From an uncultured delta proteobacterium (GTDB lineage: Bacteria; Myxococcota_A; Polyangia; Fen-1088): 64,000 nucleotides of DNA. The position numbers and the translations under genes are program-made. The notes below the pieces were generated by a model, which saw nothing but the letters and a program-made list of their open reading frames with translations, did not search any database and was not told the DNA's origin. Within the stretch, counting starts at the first letter, position 1; each line of letters starts with the position of its first letter. Location: the NCBI GenBank assembly GCA_963755125.1, contig CAVWIP010000014.1, positions 141,266-205,265 of the forward strand. Reading direction: 5' to 3'. This document shows, piece after piece, positions 25,835 to 35,896 of this stretch.

Positions 25835-27660
25835 ACCTGGCAAGCAAGCCCGTCGCATGCGGCTCCGCTGTCGGCCACCAGGACTCGGCCTATCGGGCTG
25901 TCGGCTGGAAACACGGTGAGACCTTTCAGCCCCGCTGCGTGGGCGCGTTCAAACAAGCGGAGCACGCTTTTGAAATCGTAGCCCGGCGGAAGATTCACGG
26001 TCTTCGAGATGGCTGCGTCGACATACGGCTGTAGAGCAGCCTGCATTTCCAGGTGCGCTTCGGGCGCCATGCTCGAGGCGTCGACCATCGCCCCGGGTGG
26101 CCCGGCGTCGAAGCCGGCGGTTGATTCAAACAGCGCGACGGCATAGTCGGTGAGTTCCAGGGTCTCGGGCGGCCGGTCGAGCCGGTGCACCAGGCGCTGG
26201 TAGCGCGGCCGGAAGATGGGCTCGATGCCGCTCGACACGTTGCCGGCCAGCAGGCTGATGGTGCCGGCGGGCGCCACCGCGAGCAGATGGCCGTTGCGAA
26301 TTCCGTCGCTGCGGATGAGCAGTTGCAGATGCTCTGGCAGGGCCGCCACAAAGGGCGACAGCAAGAAGCGATCCGCGTCGAGTGCCGGAAACGCGCCCCG
26401 CTCGCGCGCCAGATCGATGGACGCGCGATAGGCGGCGTGGGCGACCGCGCACATGATCGCGGCCGCGGCCTGGCGGGCCTCCTCGCTGTCGTAGCGTTTC
26501 CCCAGCATCAACAGCGCATCCGCCAGACCGGTCACGCCCAGGCCCAGCCGCCGCGTGGCGCGCGCTTCGGCGGCCTGCTCGGGCAGGGGAAAGTGCGAAA
26601 TATCTATCACGTCGTCGAGAAAACGCACCGCCAGGCTGGTGGTGGACGCCAGCGCGTCGAAGTCGAAGACCGCGCGGGGCGTGAACGGCTGCCTGACGAA
26701 GCGGGGCAGGACCAGCGAGCCCAGGTTGCAGGCGCCGTAAGGAGGCAGGGGAAGCTCGCCGCAGGGATTGGTCGCGGTGATGCGCTCGCGGTACCAGAGA
26801 TTGTTCCACTGATTCACGCGGTCGACGAAGACCACGCCCGGCTCGCCACTTTCGTGGGCGGCGCGCACGATGCGCTGCCACAGGTCGCGCGCGCGTACGC
26901 GGCGCCACACCCGGCAGGCCACCGGCCCGCTGCTGCCCGTCCATGCGCGCATCTCGACGGGGCCGTCGCCGTCCTCCAGACCATCGGCGGGAAAAACCAG
27001 CGCGAAGTCGCGGTCGGCTGCCACCGCGTTCATGAATTCGTCGCTCACCTGCACGGACAGATTGAAGCTGGCCAGGGCACCGCCGCCGCGTTTGGCATCG
27101 ATGTACTCCTCGATGTCCGGATGATCGCAGCGGAGAGTGGCCATCATGGCGCCCCGTCGCTCGCTGGTGTTCTGCAGGGTGGCGCACATGGTGTCCCACA
27201 CACGCATGAAGGACACCGGACCGGTGGCCACCTGCCCGGTGGAGAGAGCGCGCGCCCCGCGCGGCCGCAAGGTGGAAAAGTCCGTGCCCACGCCGCCGCC
27301 CTGTTGCATGGTGACCGCGCCTTCCTGCAGGGCACTGAAGATCCCTTCCATTGAATCCTGCACCACGCCCATGACGAAGCAGTTGAACAGGGTCACGCGC
27401 CGGGAAGTGCCGGCACCGGCCAGGATGCGGCCGCCAGGCAGAAATCCGTGGCTGAACAGCAGCGCCTCGAATCGGCCGGCCCACTCTGCATCGAGTTCGG
27501 CCTGGGCCACGGCCCGCGCCACCCGACGAAAGGTGTCGGCCAGGGTGGCATCGCTGCCTTCCAGTCGATAGCGCAGTTCCCAGATGCGCTGCGAGATTGG
27601 AGGCAACGTCTCGCCGGCTGGCTCGCCCGTCGGATCCTGACTCTGGCCGTGGCTTGTCAT
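25825..27660 (-). CDS. nrdJ: Class II (B12-dependent) ribonucleotide reductase
   Basis: PGGRILAGAG, TLFNCFV, TNPCGE, CNLGS, APAGTIS, AISKTVN; real start MTSHGQ at 27660. Confidence 0.92.
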   Translation of the reverse strand: MTSHGQSQDPTGEPAGETLPPISQRIWELRYRLEGSDATLADTFRRVARAVAQAELDAEWAGRFEALLFSHGFLPGGRILAGAGTSRRVTLFNCFVMGVVQDSMEGIFSALQEGAVTMQQGGGVGTDFSTLRPRGARALSTGQVATGPVSFMRVWDTMCATLQNTSERRGAMMATLRCDHPDIEEYIDAKRGGGALASFNLSVQVSDEFMNAVAADRDFALVFPADGLEDGDGPVEMRAWTGSSGPVACRVWRRVRARDLWQRIVRAAHESGEPGVVFVDRVNQWNNLWYRERITATNPCGELPLPPYGACNLGSLVLPRFVRQPFTPRAVFDFDALASTTSLAVRFLDDVIDISHFPLPEQAAEARATRRLGLGVTGLADALLMLGKRYDSEEARQAAAAIMCAVAHAAYRASIDLARERGAFPALDADRFLLSPFVAALPEHLQLLIRSDGIRNGHLLAVAPAGTISLLAGNVSSGIEPIFRPRYQRLVHRLDRPPETLELTDYAVALFESTAGFDAGPPGAMVDASSMAPEAHLEMQAALQPYVDAAISKTVNLPPGYDFKSVLRLFERAHAAGLKGLTVFPADSPIGRVLVADSGAACDGLACQVQG

Positions 27661-27807
27661 GTCTTGCCGTCCGCTCCCACCGCAGCAAGCATACCGCGTC
27701 CGAAGCCATCTCGTAGGTCGCCATGAGCCACTTGACGGCGACGCGGCAACAAGTGAAGTTGAGGCGCCGGTGCCATCCAGTCGCGGCGCCCAGGGAGCAG
27801 CCCGAGC

Positions 27808-29169
27808 TTGCCATCCGACAACCATCACGATTTCGTCATCCTCGGCGGGGGAATGGCAGGCTTGACCTTTGCGCTGGAAGCCAGCCGGCGTGGCCGGCGG
27901 GTCGTGCTGCTGGAAAGTGAAGATCAGGTTGGCGGCCTGGCGCGCACCCTGCGTTTCGGCGAGTTCCGCTTCGACATTGGCGGTCACCGCTTCCACAGCG
28001 GATGGCCCGAGATCACGCAGTGGGTGCTGGACGTGCTGGACGGCGACGCGCGTGAGGTGCCTCGGCGCAGCCGCATCCGGCTCGACGGCCGCTTCGTGGA
28101 CTACCCGCTGCGCTTTCCCAACGCCTTGGCCGCGTTCAATCCATGGCAGGTCACGCGCATCCTGGCCAGCTATTTCTGGGCGACGCTGATGCGGCTGCGC
28201 GAGCGGCCCGATGTTTCCTTCGAGGACTGGATCGTGCGGCGTTTCGGGCGCTCGCTCTACAACATCTACTTCAAGCCCTACACCGAGAAGGTCTGGGGTT
28301 TTCCCTGCGCCGACCTGTCTGCTGACTGGGCCGCGCAGCGCATTCGTCTGCCCAGCCTGCGCGCCGCCGTGGTGGGGAGCATGCTGCGACGGGGGCCGGC
28401 GCCGTCCACGCTGGTATCGCAGTTCCTGTATCCGCCGCAGGGTATCGGCGTTCTGCCCGAGCGCATTGCGGAGAAGGCGCGGCAGACTGGCCTGGCGACC
28501 ATCCGCCTCGGCAACCGAGTCACCCGCGCGGAGCCCGACGGCGCCGGCTGGCGAGTGATGTTCCGCGGGCCCGCGGGCGAGGCGGCAGTCAGCGGTGCGA
28601 AGCTGGTGTCCACGATTCCCCTGGAGGCGCTGCTGGGCATGTTGCCCATGTCCGAGGCGGAAGCCGACGTGCTGTCCACCGGGCTGCCCTACCGCAGCCT
28701 GGCTTGCGTGTTCCTGGCGGCCGACGGTCCGCGCATCAGCGACGACACCTGGACCTATTTCCCGGATCGCCACCTGGTATTTGGGCGCACGCACGAGCCG
28801 GGCAACTGGAGCCCCGGCATGGTGCCCGAGGGCAAGACCTCGTTGTGCGTCGAGATTTTTTGTTCACAGGGCGACGAGGTGTGGCGCCGGCGCGACCAAG
28901 ATGTGATTGAGCCGGTGCTGGCGGACCTGGATCGTTTGCGTTTCTTGCCGCGCGGTCGGGTGCGCGACGCGTGGCTGCTGCGCGTGTCGCACGCCTATCC
29001 CGTGTACCGCGTGGGCTACGCGGAGCACCGATCGCGCGTCAGTTCAGCACTCTCCCGCTGGCCAAGCCTGCACCTTCTCGGCCGGACCGGGACGTTCCGC
29101 TACCTCAACCTCGATGCGGTGATCCGCGAAGGCTTGGACTTGGCGGGATCGCTGTGCCAAGGCCCATGA
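27808..29169 (+). CDS. FAD-dependent oxidoreductase (HemY/Glf-like, glycan-locus type)
   Basis: GGGMAG FAD motif, FDIGGHRFH, YTEKVWG, GRTGTFRY. Confidence 0.8.
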   Translation: MPSDNHHDFVILGGGMAGLTFALEASRRGRRVVLLESEDQVGGLARTLRFGEFRFDIGGHRFHSGWPEITQWVLDVLDGDAREVPRRSRIRLDGRFVDYPLRFPNALAAFNPWQVTRILASYFWATLMRLRERPDVSFEDWIVRRFGRSLYNIYFKPYTEKVWGFPCADLSADWAAQRIRLPSLRAAVVGSMLRRGPAPSTLVSQFLYPPQGIGVLPERIAEKARQTGLATIRLGNRVTRAEPDGAGWRVMFRGPAGEAAVSGAKLVSTIPLEALLGMLPMSEAEADVLSTGLPYRSLACVFLAADGPRISDDTWTYFPDRHLVFGRTHEPGNWSPGMVPEGKTSLCVEIFCSQGDEVWRRRDQDVIEPVLADLDRLRFLPRGRVRDAWLLRVSHAYPVYRVGYAEHRSRVSSALSRWPSLHLLGRTGTFRYLNLDAVIREGLDLAGSLCQGP

Positions 29170-30647
29170 TCGCGCGCGAGCAGACCGCGGTTCGCAACGT
29201 CGGCCTGCTGCTGGTGCTGCGCGGTCTGTTGATCGCCGGTGGCGTGGTGGTCGCCGCAGTGGTGCCGCGCCTGATGGGGCCCACCGGCTACGGCCAGGTT
29301 GCGCTGCTGGTGGCGTTGAGCTTCTGGTTCACGCTGACCGCCAGCTTGGGGTTCACCCAGGTGATCGGCCGCCACGTGCCCCAGTTTGGCCAGACGGGTG
29401 ATGACGCTGGTCTGCGCGACTTCTTCGGGCGCCTGCTGGCCATCCGCCTGGTGGCAGGGTTGCTGGCAGCCGGGCTGTACCTGGCCGTCACCGCCACATG
29501 GCTGCGCGATCTGGATGCGCTGGCCATGGCCATTCTCGCGCTGGCCGTGTTCGTGCGCGCGCCGGCTGGCCTGTTCTTTTCTCTCTACCTGGGGCTCAAC
29601 CAAGCGGCGCGCTGGGGTGTCGCGGATATCGTGCGGCAGTGGGGGACCTTGGCGTTCATGTTGCCTGGCTATCTTGTGGCCGGGTTGCGCGGCGCTGCTG
29701 CGGGCGTGCTGCTGGCCGAACTGGTGGTGCTGCTGGTGGGGATCATCGGGGCGCGCTGCTATCTGACCTGGGCGGCCTTTCGCATCGACCTGAACGGCAT
29801 GGCGCCCTACCTGCGCTTTGGACTCATCTTCTACGTCAGCGATCTGGTTCTGGCAGCGTTCGAGCGCAGCGGCGAGGCCTTGGTGCGCGCCCGGTGCGGC
29901 GACTACGCCCAGGTGGGATTCTTCGGCGTGGGCTACTCGGCCTATGTGACAGCGGCAGTGGGGATTCCGCAGATCGCGCTAGCGTTTGCCCCGCTTCTCA
30001 CCGTGCTGCGGATGGAAGGCGACCGGGCCGCGGTTCGCCTGTGGATCGAGCGCTTGCTCAAGTGGCTGGCGCTGGGGAGCGTGACCGTGGTGCTGGCGGC
30101 TGTGCTGGTCGGTGGCGATCTCGTGCCCCGGATACTGGGCGCCGTGTATCGGCCGGTGTCCGCGAACCTGATCTTGCTGGCCATCGGCCTGGTGGCACTG
30201 TCGCTGACCAGTGTGGCCAATCTGTCGGCGCTGACCCACGATCGGCCAGCGGTGGCCCTGGTTGCGGCTGTGTTGCGACTGGGAAGCTTCTGGTTGCTCG
30301 GCCTGTCGTTTGTCGGCCGCTGGGGAAGCTGGGGCGCGAGCCTGGCCGTGCTGGGCGCCGTGGCCGCGCAGGCCGGGTTCTTCACCTGGCGCATGCGACG
30401 GGTGGTGGGCTATTCGCTGCGCACTTGGCTTTGGGTGGTGGGACTGGGCGCGATCTTCCTGCCGCTCGCGCTGCTGCGATCATCGCCCGCGGTCAATGCC
30501 TCCTTGTTCGGCGCGTTCGTGGTGGGCTACGGCGGTCTGCTCTTCTTGCTTCGCCTGGTCACCCCGGGCGAGTTGGGTGTCATGTGGCGAGCGGTGGTGG
30601 GCGTGCCCGGGTCGAGCCTGGCGGCATCCGACGGAGAGACGCGGTGA
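29166..30647 (+). CDS. Wzx-like oligosaccharide flippase
   Basis: ATGA overlap; many TM helices; RLMGPTGYG motif. Confidence 0.8.
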   Translation: MIAREQTAVRNVGLLLVLRGLLIAGGVVVAAVVPRLMGPTGYGQVALLVALSFWFTLTASLGFTQVIGRHVPQFGQTGDDAGLRDFFGRLLAIRLVAGLLAAGLYLAVTATWLRDLDALAMAILALAVFVRAPAGLFFSLYLGLNQAARWGVADIVRQWGTLAFMLPGYLVAGLRGAAAGVLLAELVVLLVGIIGARCYLTWAAFRIDLNGMAPYLRFGLIFYVSDLVLAAFERSGEALVRARCGDYAQVGFFGVGYSAYVTAAVGIPQIALAFAPLLTVLRMEGDRAAVRLWIERLLKWLALGSVTVVLAAVLVGGDLVPRILGAVYRPVSANLILLAIGLVALSLTSVANLSALTHDRPAVALVAAVLRLGSFWLLGLSFVGRWGSWGASLAVLGAVAAQAGFFTWRMRRVVGYSLRTWLWVVGLGAIFLPLALLRSSPAVNASLFGAFVVGYGGLLFLLRLVTPGELGVMWRAVVGVPGSSLAASDGETR

Positions 30648-31711
30648 TGCCGACGGCGGCGTCTGGACAGCAGGGGATGCGGCTGTCGGTCATCGTTCCG
30701 GTCCACAACGGCGGCGAAGGTCTGCGGCGCTGTCTGCAGGGCCTGGCGGCCTCGACCCGCCCGCCCGACGAGGTCATCGCGGTTGACGACGGTTCGACCG
30801 ATGCTTCGGCTGCGGACGCGGCTGCACTGGGCGCGCGGGTGCTGACCACAGGGACCGGCCCGCGCGGTCCGGCGTTCGCGCGCAACCGCGGGGCCGAGGC
30901 GGCCAGCGGCGACGGGCTGGTATTCATCGACGCCGACGTGGTTGTGCATGCGGATACCCTGGCCCGCATGGAGGCGGTTTTTCTCGGCGAGCCCGACGTG
31001 GCGGCGCTCTTCGGCAGCTACGACGACGATCCCCCGGAGCGCAGCGCTGCCAGTCTCTACAAGAATCTGCTGCACCACTATGTGCACCAGCATGGCGAGC
31101 GCGAGGCCGGCACGTTCTGGGCCGGCTGCGGCGCTATCCGGCGCCCGGTGTTCTTGGCTGCCGGCGGATTCGACGAGGGCTACACCCGGCCCAGCATCGA
31201 GGACATCGAGCTGGGCGTGCGCCTGCGGCAGGCCGGCCACCGCATCCGTCTCTGCCCCGAGATCCAGGCGACCCACCTCAAACGGTGGACTCCGAGCAGC
31301 CTCTGGCGCACCGACATCTTCGCCCGCGCGATTCCCTGGACGCGGCTCATTCTGCGCCAGGGGCGCTTGTTCTCCGATCTTAACCTCGACTGGCGCAGCC
31401 GCCTGAGTGCTCTGACGGTGTGGGCGTTGCTCGCCTGCGCGCTGCTCGTTCCTGTGCTCGCGCTTGTCGGGCCCGCCCGGATGGCGGCGTGGCCGGCGCT
31501 GGGTGGTTTGCTCTCAGCCGCGGGAACGGCGGCGCTCAACGCCGACCTCTACGCATTCTTTCTCCGGCGCGGCGGCGTGCGCTTCGCCTTGGTCGCGGCG
31601 GCGCTGCACGCGGGCTACCTGCTCTACAGCAGCCTGGTGTTCGCCAGCCTGTTGGTCAGCCAGCGATTGCGCGGTAGTGTGCGGCGTCCTCGTGAGCCGA
31701 CCATCACATAA
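30647..31711 (+). CDS. Family 2 glycosyltransferase
   Basis: SVIVPVHN, VDDGSTD, ARNRG, FIDAD, IEDIE; C-terminal TM helices. Confidence 0.92.
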   Translation: MPTAASGQQGMRLSVIVPVHNGGEGLRRCLQGLAASTRPPDEVIAVDDGSTDASAADAAALGARVLTTGTGPRGPAFARNRGAEAASGDGLVFIDADVVVHADTLARMEAVFLGEPDVAALFGSYDDDPPERSAASLYKNLLHHYVHQHGEREAGTFWAGCGAIRRPVFLAAGGFDEGYTRPSIEDIELGVRLRQAGHRIRLCPEIQATHLKRWTPSSLWRTDIFARAIPWTRLILRQGRLFSDLNLDWRSRLSALTVWALLACALLVPVLALVGPARMAAWPALGGLLSAAGTAALNADLYAFFLRRGGVRFALVAAALHAGYLLYSSLVFASLLVSQRLRGSVRRPREPTIT

Positions 31712-31739
31712 GCGTGCGCAAGGTCGTCGCGGGTCGTCC

Positions 31740-33413
31740 TTGGAACCCCTGGCGCGCTCAGCGGCTGGCGGAAGTCGCGTGCGGGCGGCGCTGGCCCGCA
31801 CCCGCGTGCAGGCGGCTCTGATCTTCCTGCTGCTGCTCGCCGCGTATCTGGCTAACGGTGATGTTCTGGTCGGTAACGACGCCGTAGCCAATGTGCGCAT
31901 GGCCGGCAAGCTGGTCAGCAAACACAGGCTTGTCTTCACGCCCGAAGAAGATCCCTTCATGTTCGAGTGGCATCTGAAGACGCCCCAGGGTGAGCGGCAT
32001 GCGCTGTTTCGCTCGTGGCGCTCCAGCCTGAACGGAGAGCCGATCCGGCGCGTGTACGAGCGCGGCGATTTGAGCGCGCCGGACCCGTACTACTACTTGA
32101 TGAAGACACGCACTCCGGGTGTTTACGCCAACCGGTACGGGTTCGGCGCCAGCTTGGTTGCCGTGCCATTCGTCGCGGCGGTGTATCCGTTTGCTCGCGA
32201 TCTCTACGACCGGCCCTCGGCGGACATTCTCTGGTTCACCAGCAAGGTCGCGGTGTCCTGTGCCGTGGCGGCCAGCGCGGTGCTGCTTTTTCTGGCTGCC
32301 TTGGCTTTCCTGCGGCCCGGGACGGCAGCCTGGCTGGCGCTGGCGTACGGCCTGGGCACTTGCGTGTGGAGTTCCAGCAGCCAGACACTGTGGCAGCACG
32401 GCCCGATGGAGTTCTTCCTGGCCCTGGGAACCTATTTCCTGCTGCAGCGGCAGCGTCCGCGCGCTGCGTACTGGGTGGGATTGAGCTACGCCATGGCTTT
32501 TGCCTGCCGGCCGACCGCGGCGATTGTCGTGGCGGCTGCTTGCATCTACTACCTGATGGTCGACCGGCGGGCGTTGCTTCTCTGTGTGGCTGGCGGCCTG
32601 CCGGTGGCGCTGCTGCTGGCGGCGTACAACCTGCACCTCTTCGGCACGCTGCTGGTTTTTGGCCAGGTGGACGTGGGTGGGGGCGCGACGGGCAGCGCGC
32701 AGATACCGGCAGCGGTTCCGCTGATTCCGGTGGCCATGGCAGCCCCTGTGGGCACGGCCGGCCGCTACTTCCACACATCGCTGCTGCGAGGGATCGGCGG
32801 GATCCTGGTCAGTCCCTCGCGCGGGCTACTCGTGTTCTCGCCCGTGGTGATCGCCGCCTTCTGGGGGTTGCTGCGCGTCTTCCGCGACAGGCGCTTCTCG
32901 GCCCTGCGACCAGTGGGCCTGGCGGCTGTGGCCCTGTGTCTGCTGGTGGCGCGCTGGACCGGGTGGTGGGGAGGCTGGTGTTACGGGCCTCGTCTGCTGA
33001 CGGATGCCGTGACGTTGCTGGCCTTCCTGGCCATCCCGGTTGCGCAGGAGATTCGCAACCGCCGCGTGCTGGCCGCGACGTTCGGCATCTGCCTGGCCTG
33101 GGCGGTGGCGGTACAGATCGTGGGTGCGTTCGCCTACGACGTGGTGGGGTGGAACGACCGTACGCTTTTTGCGGTCAAGCTGCCGGAGAGCGAAAGGTTA
33201 CTCTTGTTCACCGACCTGGACGAGGCCCGGCGCGAGACATGGGCCAGGGGCGGATCGATCGAGGAGCGAAGGGTCGATGTCAACCTGTGGCAGGGACAAC
33301 CTCGTCTGTGGTCAATCCGCGACAGCCAGATTCTCTACTACGTCGAGCACTTTTTCGAAGCGCGCAAGCGCAAGCAGATCGCCACCCGGAAATTCCTGCT
33401 CGAGCGTGGTTAG
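31740..33413 (+). CDS. GT-C-like membrane glycosyltransferase (start uncertain)
   Basis: Multi-TM; GND after TM1, SQTLWQH, SPSRGLLVFSP, WWGGWCYGPRLL. Confidence 0.65.
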   Translation: MEPLARSAAGGSRVRAALARTRVQAALIFLLLLAAYLANGDVLVGNDAVANVRMAGKLVSKHRLVFTPEEDPFMFEWHLKTPQGERHALFRSWRSSLNGEPIRRVYERGDLSAPDPYYYLMKTRTPGVYANRYGFGASLVAVPFVAAVYPFARDLYDRPSADILWFTSKVAVSCAVAASAVLLFLAALAFLRPGTAAWLALAYGLGTCVWSSSSQTLWQHGPMEFFLALGTYFLLQRQRPRAAYWVGLSYAMAFACRPTAAIVVAAACIYYLMVDRRALLLCVAGGLPVALLLAAYNLHLFGTLLVFGQVDVGGGATGSAQIPAAVPLIPVAMAAPVGTAGRYFHTSLLRGIGGILVSPSRGLLVFSPVVIAAFWGLLRVFRDRRFSALRPVGLAAVALCLLVARWTGWWGGWCYGPRLLTDAVTLLAFLAIPVAQEIRNRRVLAATFGICLAWAVAVQIVGAFAYDVVGWNDRTLFAVKLPESERLLLFTDLDEARRETWARGGSIEERRVDVNLWQGQPRLWSIRDSQILYYVEHFFEARKRKQIATRKFLLERG

Positions 33414-34432
33414 TCCTTCTTGCGCAAGGATCTACCAGGGAACGCCGGGGTGATGGTGCTGATATCCACACCCAGGGCCTGCAGGATGGTGGGCGTGATG
33501 TCCCGCTGCTCGCCCGCCGAAATCACCTGGGGATCGTTGCCGGCCAGGAAGATGTGGGTGGCCTTGCTGTGGTGGGTGGTTGCCACGTCAAAGCCGTGGT
33601 CGGCGGTCACGTACAGGGCGGTGCGGTCGTAGATTCCGTCGGTCTTGAGCTGGGCCACCAAGCGGCCCAGCCAGCCGTCGAGGGAGGACAGGGCGTCGTT
33701 GTATTCCTGGGAATCCTCGCCGAACTTGTGGCCGTTGACGTCGGCATCGCCAAAGTGGATGAAGAGGAAGAAGCGGCCCTTGGGGCCGAACTTGTCGATG
33801 ACGGCAAGTGCCTTCTGTCCCACGGCGCGCGCGTCGCGGGGCAAGTCGCCGTCCCACGCCGTGAGGTTGCCCTTGACCAGGAAGAACGGCTGACCCAGCA
33901 GGTTCTGCTCACCGGCCAAGCGTATCTTCTCCACCCGGCGCGCCTGTTTTTCGTTCTCGTCGCTCGGCTGGTCGGAAACCGGGTTTGGCGCGTCTGCCTC
34001 GGTGGGAGGCTTGGGCGCGCCCGGGCCCAGACCCATGGCCTTGCCGGTTACCATGATGGTGGCGATGTCCTTCTTGCCGAAAGCCTGCTGCAGCCGTTCG
34101 AAGATCGAGGTGCCGCGCGGGATGGGGCGGAAGCGGGTGTTGGAAAAGACGCCGGTGAAACTGGGATCGTAGCCGGTCAGCATCTGCGCGTGCCCGGACT
34201 TGGTGTCGGTGACGTGGCCGGTGACCTCGATGTCCACCATGTTCCCTTCCTTAATCAGTTGCGCCAGGTTGGGCATCTGGTTGCGCTTCAGGCTGTCATT
34301 GATGTGTTCGCGCAAGGCCCCGTCCCACGAGATGAGAATGGCACTGCGCTGCCGGGGTGGCGTCGAAGCCTTGAACGCGGTGGCGCTGGCGAAAATGAGT
34401 AAGCCGAAGAGGAAACGGTTGCAACCGGACAT
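33410..34432 (-). CDS. Exported alkaline-phosphatase-superfamily protein
   Basis: Signal peptide; ISWDG, HAQMLTG, DVNGH, TADHG. Confidence 0.85.
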   Translation of the reverse strand: MSGCNRFLFGLLIFASATAFKASTPPRQRSAILISWDGALREHINDSLKRNQMPNLAQLIKEGNMVDIEVTGHVTDTKSGHAQMLTGYDPSFTGVFSNTRFRPIPRGTSIFERLQQAFGKKDIATIMVTGKAMGLGPGAPKPPTEADAPNPVSDQPSDENEKQARRVEKIRLAGEQNLLGQPFFLVKGNLTAWDGDLPRDARAVGQKALAVIDKFGPKGRFFLFIHFGDADVNGHKFGEDSQEYNDALSSLDGWLGRLVAQLKTDGIYDRTALYVTADHGFDVATTHHSKATHIFLAGNDPQVISAGEQRDITPTILQALGVDISTITPAFPGRSLRKKD

Positions 34433-34502
34433 CGTGGCGACCTTCTAGCACCGAAATGCTTCCGACTTGCACTTGCGCCTCGCTGGGCGTAGTCGTTTGT
34501 AC

Positions 34503-35033
34503 ATGACCAAGACACGAATGGCATTGACTCTTGCGGTAGCAATTTCAATCCTCGCGCCGTCGGCCTATGCGCTGGACCTGGGCGGCCTGGGCAAGAAGGC
34601 CGCGGGTGGCGCGGCCAGCGGAGCGCGCGACAAGGCGGTCAAGGACGTGAACGCCAAACTGCTCGCCGAGGGACGCAAGAACCAGTGCAGCTTCAAGACC
34701 GACAGCGACGAGCTTGCGCCTGGCTGCGACAAGAAGCTGAGGAAACTGGTCAACGCGCTGGTCGAGGCGAAGAAGCGGCTCAACCTGGCGGGCGTGACCA
34801 GCTTCAAGTTTGAAGTTTCCGGCCACACCGACTCGAGCGGCAAGCCGGAGCACAACAAGGAACTGTCGGGCAAGCGCGCTGCCGTGATCGAGCGCGAACT
34901 GCTGGCGCGCGGGATCGCCAAGAGCGAGATCGTGGCCATCGGCATGGGCTCGGAGCGCCCGCTGGTCACGCCCGACAACACGCCGGCCAAGAAGGCGAAG
35001 AACCGGCGCTACGAGATCCAGGTGCGCTTCTGA
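34503..35033 (+). CDS. OmpA-family peptidoglycan-binding protein
   Basis: Signal peptide; GHTDSSG...NKELSGKRA...NRR. Confidence 0.9.
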   Translation: MTKTRMALTLAVAISILAPSAYALDLGGLGKKAAGGAASGARDKAVKDVNAKLLAEGRKNQCSFKTDSDELAPGCDKKLRKLVNALVEAKKRLNLAGVTSFKFEVSGHTDSSGKPEHNKELSGKRAAVIERELLARGIAKSEIVAIGMGSERPLVTPDNTPAKKAKNRRYEIQVRF

Positions 35034-35071
35034 TCGGTTGCAGTGACGATATTGGTTTCTCCTTGCGTCCC

Positions 35072-35869
35072 ATGAACCGTTGTATTGTGTTTGTCGTATT
35101 TGCGTGCGTTGCGGGGCGCGTGCCCCTTGCGCGCGCGGAGGAAAAGCCCGACAAGATTGCTGACAAGAAGTCCAATGCCGAGGCTCGTCGCGCCTACGAG
35201 GATGGCACGAAGTTCTACAACCTTGGTGATTTCGATCGCGCGATCTCGAACTACAAGAAGGCCTTCGAGATCAAACCCGAGCCGGTCTTTCTCTACAACA
35301 TCGCCCAAGCCTATCGTCTGAAGGGCGATCTGCAGCAGGCCATGTTCTTCTACAAATCGTACCTGAGAACCTCGCCCGACGCTGACAACCGCGCCGAGGT
35401 CGAAGGACGTATCAAGGAGATGGATGCCCTGTTGGCCAAACAAAAGGCCACGATAGCCCAACCGCCCAACGACATCGTCGAGCCGTCTGGAAAGAAACCC
35501 AACGCGGCCAGCAAGTCGGATGCTGGACGCTTCGATGGCGCATGGGATGTCGTCGTGGCGTGCCCTCCGCAGCAAGGCGCCCTTGGCTACAGCTTCGAAT
35601 TTGTCTGCTACGTGAAGGAAGGCGTTCTTCACGGGCAGTATGGCACGGAGGGCGTAGCACCCTGTCTCACGCTCGACGGAAGAATCAACCCCGACGGAGA
35701 AGCCATCATCAGGGCGAACGGCCTGACCGGTGACCCGAGATACACCATAAATAACAACAAGAAAGGCGGGCCCTATTCATACAATATAGACGCAAGCTTC
35801 TCGGGTTCCCGAGGCACTGGCAAACGGATCGGCTATCGTGTTTGCAATGTCACATTTGTGAAGCGGTGA
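35072..35869 (+). CDS. Exported TPR protein with beta-rich C-terminal domain
   Basis: Signal peptide; AISNYKKAFE, LYNIAQAYR TPR units. Confidence 0.8.
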   Translation: MNRCIVFVVFACVAGRVPLARAEEKPDKIADKKSNAEARRAYEDGTKFYNLGDFDRAISNYKKAFEIKPEPVFLYNIAQAYRLKGDLQQAMFFYKSYLRTSPDADNRAEVEGRIKEMDALLAKQKATIAQPPNDIVEPSGKKPNAASKSDAGRFDGAWDVVVACPPQQGALGYSFEFVCYVKEGVLHGQYGTEGVAPCLTLDGRINPDGEAIIRANGLTGDPRYTINNNKKGGPYSYNIDASFSGSRGTGKRIGYRVCNVTFVKR

Positions 35870-35896
35870 CCCCACGGCGAACCCGACGCCAACCGG

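Noticed and set aside
27661..28794. 378-aa N-terminal extension of NrdJ in the ORF track
   Set aside because: Mostly antisense to the FAD oxidoreductase gene; RNR similarity begins after the ATG at 27660.
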